Of a stretch of 64,000 bases of DNA, positions 36,101 through 50,768 are shown in pieces. The position numbers and the translations under genes are program-made. The notes under the pieces are model-generated. The model was not told the origin of the DNA and searched no databases. It saw only the letters and a program-made list of their open reading frames with translations. The stretch comes from Ruditapes philippinarum (lineage: Eukaryota). Numbering within the stretch: position 1 is the first letter of the stretch; every line of letters starts with the position of its first letter. Where the stretch lies: positions 62,001 through 126,000 of the forward strand of contig NW_026857065.1 in assembly GCF_026571515.1 (NCBI RefSeq), read 5' to 3'.

Positions 36101-38079
36101 ATGAACACTAATTATATCATTCGCTGTCTGCACTTAAGTTTTGTGATTTGGATTGCACACGGACAATTGTACACAGAAATGAGCGATCTAGTAGACAAGT
36201 TATTTAATGAATCCAGATACAACAAATTTCTAAGGCCCTTGTACAACCAAAGTCAGCCAATTGAGGTAAATTTTGAAGTTGAGCATAATAAAACAAATAT
36301 TTGTTTGCAAATGAGGACCTTTTTTTAAATGGAATTATATGTAATTGTGAGTAAACACATTTATACTTGATTTGTGAAATCAATTTGTCAATGTGCAGTT
36401 AAAATAATAAACATTATCTAAAGAAGTGAAGTACGAACAATTTCAATTATATTCTTTTTAATTTAATTATTTTATGTAAATAGAAAGACAAAAAGAACCC
36501 GATTAGTATATGTAGTTGAAGTAGTAGAGGGTTAAAGCAGCACGCCTCAAGAATCATGCTAATTTTCATGAAAATTTTGAAAATGTAGTTATAAGTATTA
36601 TTAAGTGAAATTACCTAAAGGAAGCAATTTGCACATTGTCAATGGCACTTATAATCCACGTAAAATACTAAACAAAGCACAAAGTGTGCAAAAATAACCC
36701 TTTACTGCGTTAGTTACGCAGTAGAAATATAGTTATAAATACTGAAAAATTAGTCATTAATCATACATAACATGTAAATCATAACTTGAATCTTAAATAT
36801 TTTTACTGTTCCTAAATTCTCAGTATATTTTTCTCAAGTTTGATTTTATTGATTTATTTTCGCTCGTTTGGAGGCAAGTTTTAAGTAATACAAAATCTTA
36901 TATTTATTGCAGATCAATCTCTCCCAATTTCTCTTAGCTATTGAAACGTTTGACATAATTTCGGGAGAGCTGGATATTAATGAATTCTTTAAAATTACAT
37001 GGACGGATGAACTTCTTACATGGGACCCTTATGTACACCATGGTAAAGAAAAAATTCCATTGCCCAAGGGAAAATTTTGGAAACCAGAAATTTTGTTAAG
37101 AAGTGGTGCAGCCGCCGACAGTTCTGCAATCACATAATGCAAATTTTCACCGGCTTGGGTAAGCTACCAAGGCTCTGTTCTCATGACACCAGCTTGTACA
37201 TTCAGGGTTAGATACAATATTGATACAACGTTTTATCTATTTGACACACATGAGTGTAGTTTTTATTTCATTGTATCTAATCATGATTCCACTGAATTAG
37301 TTCTTAATTCTCCGATTAAACTCTTAGATACTAGAAATTTAGAAGAAAATGGCGAATGGGAAGTAGCAAATTTTGCCGAGAATATTGATGAAGGAAAAGA
37401 TGAAAATATTGAACAGTTGACGATCCCAATGTTACGTGCCTCTTTCACTTTGAAAAGAAGACCTTTGTCAGCACTCATTAACAGTATGGCACCTTCTCTA
37501 CTACTTTGTATCCTTTATATTCTGACATGTTGGGTTCGGTCTGATTCTGGCGAAAGATTGTCAGTTGTAGTGACTTTATATCTGGCTTTTGTTTTTTCAA
37601 CTACGTCACTCATGGACAAAATCCCAAACAATTCATTAAAGATGCCTGTGCTTTCTTTCTTCATTCTTACTGTCAATATTATAAATGCACTTTGTGTTAC
37701 ATGGAGCATATTTGTCGTACATTTAGCCAAAGCAGATATTATAAAGCGAAAACTACCAACTATTCTCACAAAAATGGTGATGAAAAATAAGCGTATTTCG
37801 ATGTCTAAAATTCGAAAGAAGGTTAAACCTGTTATTGAAATAGAGCAAGCAGCTAAAGTACAAGACATTACGGGCAAAGATTTGAACGACGAAAAAGAAG
37901 AAGACCGGGTTATAGATTATGATAATGTGGACGGAATAAGTGGACTGGAATTGTCATCCGTTCTTGACAGAATATTCTTTTGGATTTTAATATTTATCCT
38001 ATTATTTCTTTGCATCTTTTATTTCGTTTTTTTTAGTGAGCAAGAGCATGTAAGTGCTGTTTCAATGACAATTAACTAG
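36101..38079 (+). pseudogene. nAChR-like subtype E copy 1, pseudogene; exon 1 36101..36265, exon 2 36913..38079
   Basis: Exon 1 ..GQLYTEMSDLVDKLFNESRYNKFLRP.. with GAG|gtaaat donor; ttgcag acceptor; in-frame TAA at 37135-37137; first Cys-loop Cys changed to Tyr and YPF to YLF. Confidence 0.88.
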
Positions 38080-39254
38080 ATTAATCGACTAAAAAAATAA
38101 GACAATTAAAAATAGAAAAAAATTCTCATTTTCATTACAACAGTACATCATTACTACTTTTCTATCAATAAAAAACATTAAAAACACATAATACAATTTG
38201 AAAAATCTGGTACATACACAAACAGAAAAGAAATTTAACAAATCAACATAATTATCGCATTGAATATAATATGAAAATTTTAATGCATCGGAATTAATTT
38301 GACTAAAGCGAATTACAATGTAGAGATGTTCAAATAAAAAAACCCCATGTAATTTCATGATCAAATAACTTTTGCAATTTTTTATTTATCCATATTTCCC
38401 ATTTTTCAGGTTGTTTTTTAATGCGCAATGCCTAAACTATGCACATTACTTCTTTAAAACTGTTGGAAAGGAATGTCCCCTCATATAAAAAATGGACACA
38501 AACATGAACAGGTGAAATGAAATTGAAGATTCGGTTTGGTAGAGTATTTTCAATCGTGCCAAGCACTATAGCACTCAACCACCACTCAATCATGAATATT
38601 AAAACGTCAGGGCAAAAAGTCTCTTTATCTGTCTGCCAAGTTCAATAGTTTTTTTATCGGAATTATAGTCCAGGGGTCGCTTATTCGATCCTTGGGCAAA
38701 GCAAATTGTTACGTGACAATTGATCCCGGACTCTGTGTCTCACCAATGGTTATTTGTCTCTCACTACCATTTCAATAACTCAATATCTCAATGAATTAGT
38801 AATCGGTCATTAGAATTAGGAATAATTGGTAATTAAAATGTGTCAACATCGGTGTAAATGAGCCAGATAAACTAACAAACAATAAATTTATTATAATTCT
38901 TATTGTTCATACTAAATTAGTAAGAACTCTATCAACATGTTTACAGCAAAAAAATTATAAGATTATACAAGAGATACATGTTTCTATTGATTTCATTAAG
39001 ATTTCGAATACATATAGAACACTTTCCATTGTAGACCAATCCATCTTAAAATTGTGTAACCGAAAGGCAAATTGAAAACCTAAAGGCAAATTGCATTATT
39101 GTTCTTTAAATACACATTGATGCCACGAAACTAAATGTATGAATAAAAATAAGGTTTCTACCACTTATCAAACAGAATAATATAAATAAAAGTTTGAATT
39201 GTGCACACTTTTGCTAACATACACGATCAATTGCATGTACTTATTTTTATTTCT

Positions 39255-39520
39255 TTTTTGTTGGATCTTACATCGTATTAAAAACAATGCATGAGGCGAC
39301 TTTCCAGCTTTTCTGATGGAAGAAGACATCGAGTGCCTGTCCATGCATTATTTCAGCCAAGACCGGGAACATCAGAAGAATAAACGACGTTTCGTAAGCT
39401 AGTTGACTTACTTTCTTAATAATTACATGAAAGAATCCAAAGTCGCTGGCGGGATTCGAACCAACAGCGATAAGGGGCAAGTTATTTGAAGTCAACGACT
39501 TTAAACCACTCAGTCGCGGG
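39255..39520 (-). mobile_element. Degenerate V-type SINE
   Basis: Reverse-complement similarity to 4787-5060 (GGTTCGAATCCC B box, GGATTCTTTCATGT, CTTACGAAACGTCG); orthologous copy at ~50505-50768. Confidence 0.8.
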
Positions 39521-40369
39521 ACTGACTTTTACTTTAAAAATACATTCTCCAATATGTTGTAGACAATACTGGCATAGTAATTTAATTTTGACAAAAGATT
39601 GTAAAAATTCCAATTTGATTTTGCCCCTTTTGTAGCAAAAGCATTGTTCCAGTAGGTACACATCTCAATCTTATTTATGTTGAATAGCAACAACAACAAC
39701 ATCATCAATACATTAAAGCATTTTATTTACAATTCGAGATATCACACCCAAATATTTCAGATTTTAGATAAATATATAAATGCATAAAAGGGTTTAAAAT
39801 GCTTTTTTCCCACCGAACTTTATTAAGGCGATGTTCCTTTTATTTCCATATATTAAAATTGTTATGCCGGTGCCTTTATGTGTAAAATATTGTCTTAACA
39901 TGGGGAAGTCCAAAAAAAGACAACACATTCTTGTGTCACCCAGGGACACTTTCGTAGAGCATCTGCACGTTGGAAAGTATTGTGTTATATAGACCGTTCT
40001 ATCAGCCAATTTTAACAACACAAATAACTTTATTGATGAACTCCTATGGACTCTAAAACTGAAAAAAGTATAACACAAGGGAAATTCAATGGCTTACAAA
40101 TAAAGCTACAATTACAGTTTATATTCGCTCACGCTGATTTGAGTGGTGAAACAGGTACAATGGTTATTACTACAATCAATAATTAATTCTGGGTTGTTCG
40201 TCACCAGTATGCAATACAGATGAAATTAGTTCTAAAGTAAGATCTGCATAAACGTGTCATTGGATTTAATATATAAGCGCTTATAAGTTGTGAAAAACAA
40301 CTACATTAAGGGTATTTTTTATTTCAAAGCAATAGACTATGCAATCCTAGATATTAACTTATCACTAAC

Positions 40370-42599
40370 ATGGTAATTATGGATAAAATAACATTGTTAT
40401 TGATAATATTAAACGCTCTTGAGACATCGCTTGGACAAACATACACTGAAATGGACTTTTTGCTAGGACATCTTTTCAATGAGACAAGATATAACAAATA
40501 TCTGAGACCTTTAGAAAACCAAGGTCATGTCATTCAGGTAATTATATTATATATTGTGTGTTGTTTTTATTATTTTCTCATTGCTTTTTTATTTCCCACT
40601 ATGCAAAATGAACTTCTTTTCAATAAAGTCTTTGAAAGTGCTTTGTGGCGACTCTAGTAATTTGTCACTGTCTTTAAAGTCGTGGTCTTTGGCCGGGTTT
40701 TAATCATTTAAAAACAAAAAGTTACACGACTTTGTCTGTACGTTGAGATGTTAGACATTCTTGTGACAAGTCTATTTATAAGCGAAATTAAAGGTGTACG
40801 AATTATTATTTTTTTTTATGGTATAAACACATAAAATAAAAACATCATGAATAAATATAAACAAAATGATGACATGAAAAACATAACAAAAGTCACCTGT
40901 GGGTTTTTCCAAGCTAATCCCCGATACAACAGCTTCGATTTTCAAGGTAGGCTACCGGTCACTATAAATAAGTAAACCTTCGAAACTGTAGCTGTAAAAG
41001 TTTGTAATAATTTAACCCCCGGATTCGCTGGGGAAAATCCCAAACTATTTTTAATCGCGGAGTAAATTTATTTCGTAAAGGTTTCTTATTGTTCGATAGG
41101 TTTTGTCCGATTTAAAATAATTTTCTTGGGAGCAAATGCGATGTTTATGCGAAAATCAATTTTAAAAATGTCCGATCGATTTTTAATGAAAGAAATTTCA
41201 AAATTCATTACAATTTTTCTCTTGGTTTTACCCAGTCGGCCAAATACAAATATACAGTACATTCATAATTCTAATCACTCAATTCTATTGAAAAACAAAT
41301 AGAAATTTATACGAAAAATCTATAAATCCGAGAGCAAAATTTAAATATATGTTTAACAATGCAAATGCAGGGTTGTAAGTTAAGTTTGTATGATATCTTA
41401 AATACCGTCAGCTATTGAATAACAAATTCTCACAAATTATTTTTCTTTGACCTTTTGTAGGTAAACTTAACACAGTATGTGAAAAGCATTGAAAGTCTTG
41501 ACATCTCGTCAGGTGAGCTTCTAATAACTGGATATTTCGAAATAAAATGGACAGATGAAATGTTGACATGGGACCGTGCTCTTTATGGAGGTAGAGAAAA
41601 AATGCAGTTGCCCAAAGATAAATATTGGAAACCAGAGATTTCCTTAACAGACGGACCGGCAAATGAGGACACTTCAATTTATGGGAGCGGATTCTATCCC
41701 GCGTGGGCCACTTACAAAGGGTTAGTAATGATCATTGCAGCTGGCAGTTACAAGACGAAATGTATTGTTGATACACAATTTTATCCTTTTGATATGCACT
41801 CGTGTTACTTCCAGTTCATCGTATCAAATCATGACTCTACAGAACTTGTGATATCTTCCCCTTCACCCGATATTCATTTAAGTGATTTCAAAGAAAATGG
41901 TGAATGGGAAGTTAAGAGTACAGATACAAATGTAATGCTGGTAAAAGAGAAAAACATAGACAGTGTGGGTATACCAATGTATAAGTCATCGTTTTTGTTA
42001 AAAAGAAGGTCCAAATTTGAAATGATAAATTCACTTACACCTATCATGTTTATGTTATTTCTGAATATTGCAACTTGTTTCGTTCGCCCTGAATCCGGTG
42101 AAAGGACAACATTTGCAATAACGCTATATTTAGCATTAGTTTTTGCAGCAACAGCATTAACTGAGACAATACCTAGAAATTCATTAAAAATACCAGTGAT
42201 TTCGTATCAACTGCTTACAGTTAATCTCATCAACACGGTTGGCGTTTTATGGAGCATATTCATTGTTAATTGCGCGAGTAAATCTGCGGCTGATAGATAT
42301 CTGCCAAACTTTCTTCTCAGAATGATTATGAAAAGGAGAAAGAAAAGTAAAAATAATGTTAAAATGATAACTGTAGAAGAATCAGTTGTATCGATATTGC
42401 CTGTTGAGGGTACGGATATTCGTAATAGTGACACCACTTCTCAAAAGGAAGAAGTATGTAATGAACCACGTCTGCTAACATAACTGGACACGAGGTGGCG
42501 GAAGTTCTCGATACAATTTATTTCTGGACGATCATTATTTGTATTATTTTAGCAAATGTCATTTACAGTGCATTTTCGTACCAAAGTTGGTTCAGTTAG
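40370..42599 (+). pseudogene. nAChR-like subtype A copy 2; exon 1 40370..40537, exon 2 41461..42599; 1-bp deletion at ~42470 removes M4 (pseudogene or assembly error)
   Basis: Highly similar to A1; CCACAATCTGCT (A1) vs CCACGTCTGCT shifts the frame to a stop at 42483; M4 and the natural TAG (42597-42599) persist in another frame. Confidence 0.8.
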
Positions 42600-44388
42600 A
42601 TGCATCAGGGAGAAGTGTTCTTTACAAGTAAGAAACACGCTCTCTAAGTCAAATTAGTCGACTGGTCGTTTGTCTCTCATCGCTAATTCAGAAATTATTT
42701 GTTATTGGAAGTCAGTAGCTTGTGGAAAATTGGTTATTTATTGCTGATAATCCAGGAAAACCGGTTAGGTGTATCGACCACCGACAAAATTTGCTGAATT
42801 TGGCGTAAACAGGGAAACAAACTGTAAATTTTGTGACTTTTTTTATCGCACGGCTTACATGCCAAAAGACAGACATTTCAATTTCATTTCTTTTTGTTTT
42901 CAACTGACAAGTTCATGTCTATAGAAATAAACATTGATTACATAAATTATACAAATCAATCAAACAATAAATAACAAAAAACAGCACAAATGTATCTATA
43001 TAATCAGAAATGTCCTAAAATCCAACTGATGAATTATGAAAAATCTTCATATTATGATATGAAAACAATTTTATAAATTCAATTTTATAAAATGCAAACC
43101 ATTGATGATTGTTACTGATTTTTCTGACATAAAGTTAATGAAATTGTGTTTTGCCAAAACGATTAAATGATATCATTTGAGATATTTCATTTAATTCGGT
43201 AATCTTTTTGGCAAATGAGAAACAATGCGTTTCATTAAACAGTCAATTATCACAGAAACGCTCAAAATTTTAGGGAATCCACAGAAATCTTTCGATATCA
43301 ATATAAATGATTTTTTCGTACAATTTGATGTCCGTCTGAACAAATTTCTTTTGCGCCAACCTTTAGATCATTCGCTTGGTTCTTTTTTTCCAGAATAATT
43401 ATACCCTAGAAATAAAAAGAGTTCCAACGCTCTTAATCAAATCAAGCTAAGAATCACATACATTGTGCTTGCAATTTAATTCTTATTACATGTATATATC
43501 ATTTGCATATCTTCTTCGTTTGAAATTGAGCTACATAAGAATACAAAATTTATGATTTTTATGCTTTGGACCTCAGTAGAGTTCCTTGATATTTTAAACA
43601 GTTTATAAATAGGACGATGTTCTTTATTTTGATAATGTTACTTGTCCTTTTTGCAATGACTATTCCTCTCCTCACATTCCCTTCGCATAAATATTAAATA
43701 CATACCAACATGTTTTCTCTGCTATAAAACCCCAAATTTTAAACGACTTCGATGTTTGGGCTATATTAATAATAATTGTATCTTTTGAACTGATCATATT
43801 CAGAGGCCGTTTTGTGTGTTTGTTGTTTTAAGATTCAGTGTTACAGTTTGAATAAACATTGCAATAATCTTTTTATCGGTTCATATTATATGTTACAATT
43901 TAGGGTCTTATGAAAAACAAAAATAGCATCAGCTCTGAACATCAGTCAAAATATTTGCATTTAACCAAATTCAGGTGGCGATACCACATGACATTAATGA
44001 TTCAAAACAAGCATATTTTTGTCTGAATAAGGTATGTTTTTATCAATATCGTTGCTGATTTGGAAGAGATAATGTGCAGAAAACCCGTACTTGTGAAAGG
44101 TAACCACGGTATGTCAAGCTTATGAAACCCCTTAATTGTCTTTGAGAACATTTATGTACAGTTCCTTTTTATAACTTGAAAGAAGGATAGGTAAACAATC
44201 GAAATAAAAGCAAGGGGATTCCAACAAGTTGTCTGTTCTTTCTCTTCGCAGGATTCAATAATATTAAATATAAATTATTGATTTAATAATGCGAATAGAC
44301 TCGGTTTGATAGTGTCTGTTCATGACGAATGACAGAAAAGCTAAACAGCCTTCACGACCCTGACGCGTTGGTAAGCGGTACTCCATCA

Positions 44389-44915
44389 ACACTTTATGAT
44401 ACCGTATCGAAAGACCAGAACAATTTACCAGCATTTAAGTAAAGTACGGGGCAACAATTTATAATTCCTACAAGAAACTAACTTTTAAATTGCGCAATGG
44501 AATATTTAAAAGGAGGGATGCATTAATACATCATCGAGCTTTTTACAGTTTGACAAGTGCTTTTATAACAGAATTTGCTTTGCTGTCATTCAAACAATTA
44601 ATTCCATTTTGTATGACAATCAATGTCATTAACTAGTTTACTCAATATACACTTTATGTCCTTGAATCAATGTACCGTACCGAAGGACGAGAAAATTTAC
44701 CAGCACTAAAATAAAATATATTTTACAACTCCTACAAGGCACTTAGCGCCCGCTGCTTTTAAATTGCGCTATGAAATATTCAAAAAGAGGGATGTATTAA
44801 TACATCATCAAGCTTTTCACATTTTGACAAGTGTTTACATAACAGTATTTGCTTTGCTGTCATTCCAACAATTAATTCCATTTTGTATGACAATCATTGT
44901 CATTAACTATTTTAC
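44389..44915 (+). repeat. ~260-bp tandem duplication specific to the A2 unit
   Basis: ACACTTTATG...CATTAACTA block occurs twice (~44389, ~44649) but once downstream of A1 (~11430-11700). Confidence 0.75.
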
Positions 44916-47537
44916 TATTTTACTATTAGCCATTATAAAGCAATTCTATGTATGCACATCACTTATTAAATCCATAAATGTGTGAAGTTTTATAACGTCT
45001 AATTCATTATTCACAAATTATAAACGATGAAAGAAAATCGTTGTTTTCCAATTGCAATTATTTTAAATGCCTGTTCGGACAATAAAAAAAACTTATATAG
45101 TATAACAGATATCTAGAAAAGTATTCAACAACATAACAACTGACTTTATATGCAAAACCTGCAATGAATGATTATTTATAAGAATCATTTATAATTCCTG
45201 CTTTCAGTATCGTATATACTTTGACAATTGTTTAATAATAGACTGAATACTGCTCTTGCTTGTAAAAACAACAAAATCAGATAATATGGCTTCAACCTGC
45301 CACTAAAATTCCTATAAATCTTGAGATGTGTAATTACATCTGTAAACTTGAAGTCTTAGAATAATTAGAAGGTAATCTTTTGTAGTAAATTGACATTTAT
45401 ATCCGCAGTCTGACTATTTAAAGCCCAAAAGGACATAGGTAATTCATTATTCTCGTGTAATAAATGTTTATGAGGGACCAGTTTTGCTTAAGTGTACATT
45501 CATCTTGTGAAGTATAATTTTTCCTGCTTGTTGGCATTGCAAATTCACCCATTCTGTACTTAACAGATAAATCTTTGTTATAGAAATAAGACTATTCAAA
45601 CATTTAAGATTTGTTTTTCATAATAAATATTGTGCAAAGCATATTTAGAGAACATTGAATAAATATCAATAAAGGACCATATTAATAAAGTAAAGTGTAA
45701 CATTTACTCACCTGAGGAAACGTACCGAAGTTAGCCTTTTGAATAGCTTTTAATTTGTGGTAATGAAATTTTGCAAATACATATGTATACAAAATTGACA
45801 AGGTTCTTGTTATAATACTTTATGATATCTTTCATTTTATTTCATTTTAATGTTGAATTACAAAGTTAAAAAATGTTATTTCTGTATGTCGCTACTGAAT
45901 TATTTTATCAGTTGTCTAATTACCACTACATTGAACAAATGCTTTCAATATGAAAAGTACGAGGATAGTTAGTTTCTTTTATTATCTTCATAAGTGATAT
46001 TGATCACAATAATTATAGTTACACGCATATCCTTTCCGTTACTTTATACTTAATTTCTTGTTATATACTTTTGATCTAACCATGCTCTTACATGGACTGG
46101 AATGGAATACTCCTCTTATACATACATGTTTGTGACAAAACTATTGTTTTTATAGGAGTACATGTGGGGGCACAGTATTCTATTTGTAAAATGTAACCAC
46201 GACATTGAACAACACGGTGTCATTTTACGATAACAAAATGTTGCATTTTCACAAGGTTACTCACTAGATTGAGCGGGCTCTTTAGTGTATCCTGTAAAAA
46301 TTAGATGTTAGAAAAATGTTATGAAAGAAAATATTATCTTGGCAGTCTCTTGCATGAGTTTGTCGCCCCATCAAGATCATAAAAAGACATTTCATACTGG
46401 TATCACTTCATGGATATTTATTAATGTATCACTGCATGTCACTTAACCCATCGTTACACTTTGTGACAAACTATAGTGTGTAGAGTTCCAAACACAATAT
46501 ATCTTCTTTGTGTGAGGTCAAAATATATTTATTTTGTAGTTATAAAGAGACTGTGTAGCAATTATTTTATAGATATCAAATTTGAGCATAATTTTATCTT
46601 CAAAGCTCAAATTGTATCAAACAAAAGATCCCATTAATTGAACCTATTAGTTTTTTTTTTGTTTAGAGTACGCGCTATTTTTCACTTTGATCCTTTTTGT
46701 TAAATGACATGATTGTGTGACATTGAAAGTTTCATGATAACCGTTATATGAACTTACCTTAGAATGTTCCAAACGCATTCTTCAACCATTTCATGTTTAA
46801 GTGTAATGTAATGCTTTTGATAATGAGTGTGGACTGTAGTTTGCACTGACTATTTGTTCTTCTGACAATCAAAGTGAACTTTAAACATATTTTATTATGA
46901 CGGTCGGGATTTCCGTTCCTTTTTCCTTTTATGATTAAACGACATGTCCTTATATTTTTATATTTGCATTTTGAATTTTTCAAAGTTCCATTCTCCTGCA
47001 AAATGTATATTGTATTGTAAATCAATGCTATTGAAGTATTTAAGATACATTTTATGAATATGTCTTTCAATTAGAACACTTTAACCTTTTATCTAAAATC
47101 AAAATTTTGGCATCCCCTTGTCGGAACCTTTCCTGTGATTTAAGAAGTAATCAATTTTGAAAGAATTTGGTTTTCCAGCAGTCAAAAAATAAATGAAATA
47201 AATAAATGTTGTGGCCATTGAAAGATTATTTCAGCCTATATGTTCATACACAGAACAACAGAGTAATTAACTTTGTTTGTGATTAATGTAAAACAAATAT
47301 ATTTGCTTTTATTATAAAATGGGTGACGTGCTTGAAAATGGAAACAAATTATGTGAAAATCATTATTTAGCTTGTATTGTTCATTATAATAATTGTTTCG
47401 TCTATAATAAAAGCTTGGATAAATATCAAAATAAACACATTTATAATGGAGATTGAAGTGTGTTTTAGATAATAGTGTTGTAACGAATCAGAATTTATAA
47501 AAAAATTATGTGATTTATACATTAAAATTTGTTAGAA

Positions 47538-49141
47538 ATGAACATTAATTATATCATTCGCTGGCTACACTTAATTTTTGTGAATCGGAGTGCACATGGA
47601 TAATTGTACACAGAAATGAGCGATCTTGTAGACCACTTATTTAATGAATCCAGATACAACAAATTTCTACGGACTTTGTACAACCAAAGTCAGCTAATTA
47701 AGGTAAATTTTGAAGTTGAGCATAATAAAACAATTATTTATCTGTAAATGAAGACCTGTTTATAAATTATATGTATTTGTGAGTAAACACACATATACTG
47801 GGTTTGTGAAATCAACTTGACGATGAGCAGTTAAAATAATATACACTATTTAAAGAAGTGAAGTAAGAAAAACTTCAATTATAGTTTTTTATTTTAATTA
47901 GTTTTTGTAAATAGAAAGACAAAAAGAATCCGACTTGTATAGTAGAGGGTAAAGTAATACAAAATGTTATATTTATTGAAGATCAATCTTACCCAATTTC
48001 TGTTAGAAATTGAAACGTTTGACATAATTTCGGGAGGGCTGGATATATATGAATTCTTCAAAATTACATGGACAGGTGAACTTCTTACATGGGACCCTTT
48101 TGTACACCATGGCAAGGAATGAATTCCATTGCCAAAGGGAAAATTGTGGAAACCAGGAATTTTGTTAAGAAGTGGTGCAGCCGCCGACAGTTCTGCAATC
48201 ACATAATGCAAATTTTCACCGGCATGGGTAAGTCACCAAGGCTCTGTTTTAATGACACCAGTTTTTACCTTCAGGGTTAGATGCAATATTGATACAACGT
48301 TTTATCCTTTTGACAGACATGAGTGTAGTATTTACTTCATTGTATCTAATCATGATTCCACTGAATTAGTTCTTAATTCTCCGACAAATTTCTAGATACT
48401 AGAAATCTAGAAGAAAATGGCCAATGGGATGTAGAAAATTTTGCCGAGAGTATTGATGAAGGAAAAGATGAAAAGATTGAGCAGATGGCAATCCCAATGT
48501 TACGTGCCTTTTTCACTTTGAAAAGAAGACTTCTGTCTGCACTTATTAACAGTATAGCACCGTCTCTACTACTTTGTATCCTTAATATTCTGACATGTTG
48601 GGTACACCCTGATTCTGGAGAAAGATTGTCACTTGTAGTGACTTTATATCTGGCTTTTGTTTTCACAACTACGTCATTCATGGATAAAGTTCCTAACAAT
48701 TCATTATAGATGCCTGTGCTTTCGTTTTTCATTCTTACTATCAATGTTATTAATGCAGTCTGTGTTACATGGAGCATATTTGTCGTACATTTAGCCAAAG
48801 CAGATATTATAAGGCGAAAATTTCCAACAATTCTCACATATTTGGTGATGAAAAATAAGGGTATCTCGATGTCTAAGATAAGAAACAAGGTTAAACCTGT
48901 TATTGAAATGGAACAAACAAATCAAGTACAATCCGATACGGGCAACGATTTGAACGAAATAAAAGAGGACCGTGTTGTAAATTATGATCGAAGACGAAAT
49001 AAGTGGACTCGAATTATCATCCGTTCTTGGCAGAAAATTCTTTTGGATTTTAATATTTATCCTATTATTTCTTTGCATCTTTTATTTCATATTTTTACTG
49101 AGCAAGAGCATGTAAATACTGTTAGAAGAAAAATAATCTAG
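47538..49141 (+). pseudogene. nAChR-like subtype E copy 2, heavily disabled pseudogene; exon 1 47538..47702, exon 2 47982..49141
   Basis: CAA to TAA in exon 1, TGA at ~48120, TAA at 48204-48206 shared with E1, frameshift near 48385, TAG at 48707-48709, further frameshift near 48990; intron shortened to 279 bp (647 bp in E1). Confidence 0.92.
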
Positions 49142-49239
49142 ATTAATCGACTAAAAATGTAAGACAGTTAAAATAGAATGAACACTCCCATTGTTATAAA
49201 AAAAGTACATTATTACTACGTATTCATCAATAACAACAT

Positions 49240-49452
49240 GGCCGAGTGGTTAACACGTCGGACTAGTGATCTAAAGATTGCTGACCAAGTGGGTTCAAAC
49301 CCTGTCAGGGGCAAGTCGTTGTTTCCTTGAGCAAGAAACTTTACATTCATTGCTTAGTAATGGTTGGTTACAGGAACGGATTCGAGAGTGCTTCAATAAG
49401 CTCATGGTAAAGCTTCCAACACGGTCGAACTAAAAATAAATTTGTATAAACT
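49240..49452 (+). mobile_element. tRNA-derived CORE-type SINE
   Basis: GGCCGAGTGG A box, GGTTCAAACCC B box, core GTTTCCTTGAGCAAGAAACTTTAC..CATTGCTTAGTA; 11-bp TSD AATAACAACAT (49229-49239, 49453-49463); empty site downstream of E1 (~38167). Confidence 0.88.
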
Positions 49453-50504
49453 AATAACAACATTAAAAACACATAATAAAATTTGAAATCTGGTACATAC
49501 ACAGACAGAATGAAATTTATCAAATCAGCATAATTATCGCTTTGAATGTAATATGAAAATTGTAATGCATCGGAATTAATATGACCAAACAGAAATACAA
49601 TATAAAACAAACATGTATTTTCATGATCAAATAACTTTACAATTAGTTTATTTGTCTTCATTTCCAATTTCTAAGCTTTTTTAATGCGCAATGCTTGAAC
49701 TATGCACATAACTTCTGTAAGAGTGTTGGAAAGGAATTACCCATAATAAGCAACGGACACAAACATAAAAGGATGAACTGAAATTAAAGAATCGGTATGA
49801 TAGAGTTTTTTCAATCGTCCCAAGCACTATAGCACTCAACCACAACTCAATCATAAATATTAAAACGTCAGGGCAAGAAGTCTTTTTATCTGTCTGCACA
49901 GTTCAATAGTTTTTGTTATTGGAATTATAGTCCAGGGGTCGCTTATTCGATCCTTGGGCAAAGCAAATTTTTCCGTGACAATTGATCCCGGTTTTTGTGT
50001 CTCATCAATTGTCATTTCTCTCTCACTACCATTTCAATAACTCAACATCTCAATGAATTAGTATTCGGTCATTAGAATAAGGAATAATTGGTAATGAAAA
50101 TGTGTCAACATCGGTGTAAATGAGTCAGATAAATTAATAAACAATAAATTCATTATATTTTTTCTACTAAATCAGTCAGAACTCTATCAACAGGTTTAAA
50201 GCAAAAATTTAAAAGATTATACAAGAGATATATGTTTCTAATGATTTTATTAAGATTTTAAATTCATAAAGAACATTTTCCATTGTAGACCAATCCATTT
50301 TAAAACTGTGTAATAAAAAGGCAAATTGAAAACCTAAAGACAAATTGTATAATTGTTCTTTCAATACACATAGATGCCACGAAACTAAATGTATGAATAA
50401 AAATAAGGTTTATTCCATTTATCAAACAGAATGATATTAATAAAAGTTTGAATTGTGTACATTTTTGCTTACATACATGATCAATTACATGTACTTATTT
50501 TTTT

Positions 50505-50768
50505 ATTTCTTTTTTGTCGGATCTAACGGCTTATTAAAACAATACAGATGTCATTTGGCGACTTTCCAAGTATTCTGACCTCGAGTGCCGCCTGTCCATG
50601 CATTATTAAAGCCAAGACCGGGAACATCAAGAAAATGAACGACGTTCCTTAAGGTAGTTTGATTCCTTTCTCACATGACAAAATCCAAAGTCACTTGCGG
50701 GATTCGAACCAACAGCGATAAGGGGCAAGTTATTTGAAGTTAACAACTTAAACCACTCGGTTTCAGGA
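50505..50768 (-). mobile_element. Degenerate V-type SINE (duplicate of 39255-39520)
   Basis: Same position and orientation in the duplicated E unit; B box GGTTCGAATCCC on the minus strand. Confidence 0.75.

Larger units (their letters stand above)
30571..39760 (+). repeat. Segmental duplication (E unit), paralogous to ~45208-51010
   Basis: Collinear similarity across upstream DNA, gene, downstream DNA and a shared SINE. Confidence 0.9.

Noticed and set aside
38640-38890. Possible old SINE downstream of E1/E2 (B-box-like ATTCGATCC)
   Set aside because: Too degenerate to define boundaries or a TSD without an alignment.
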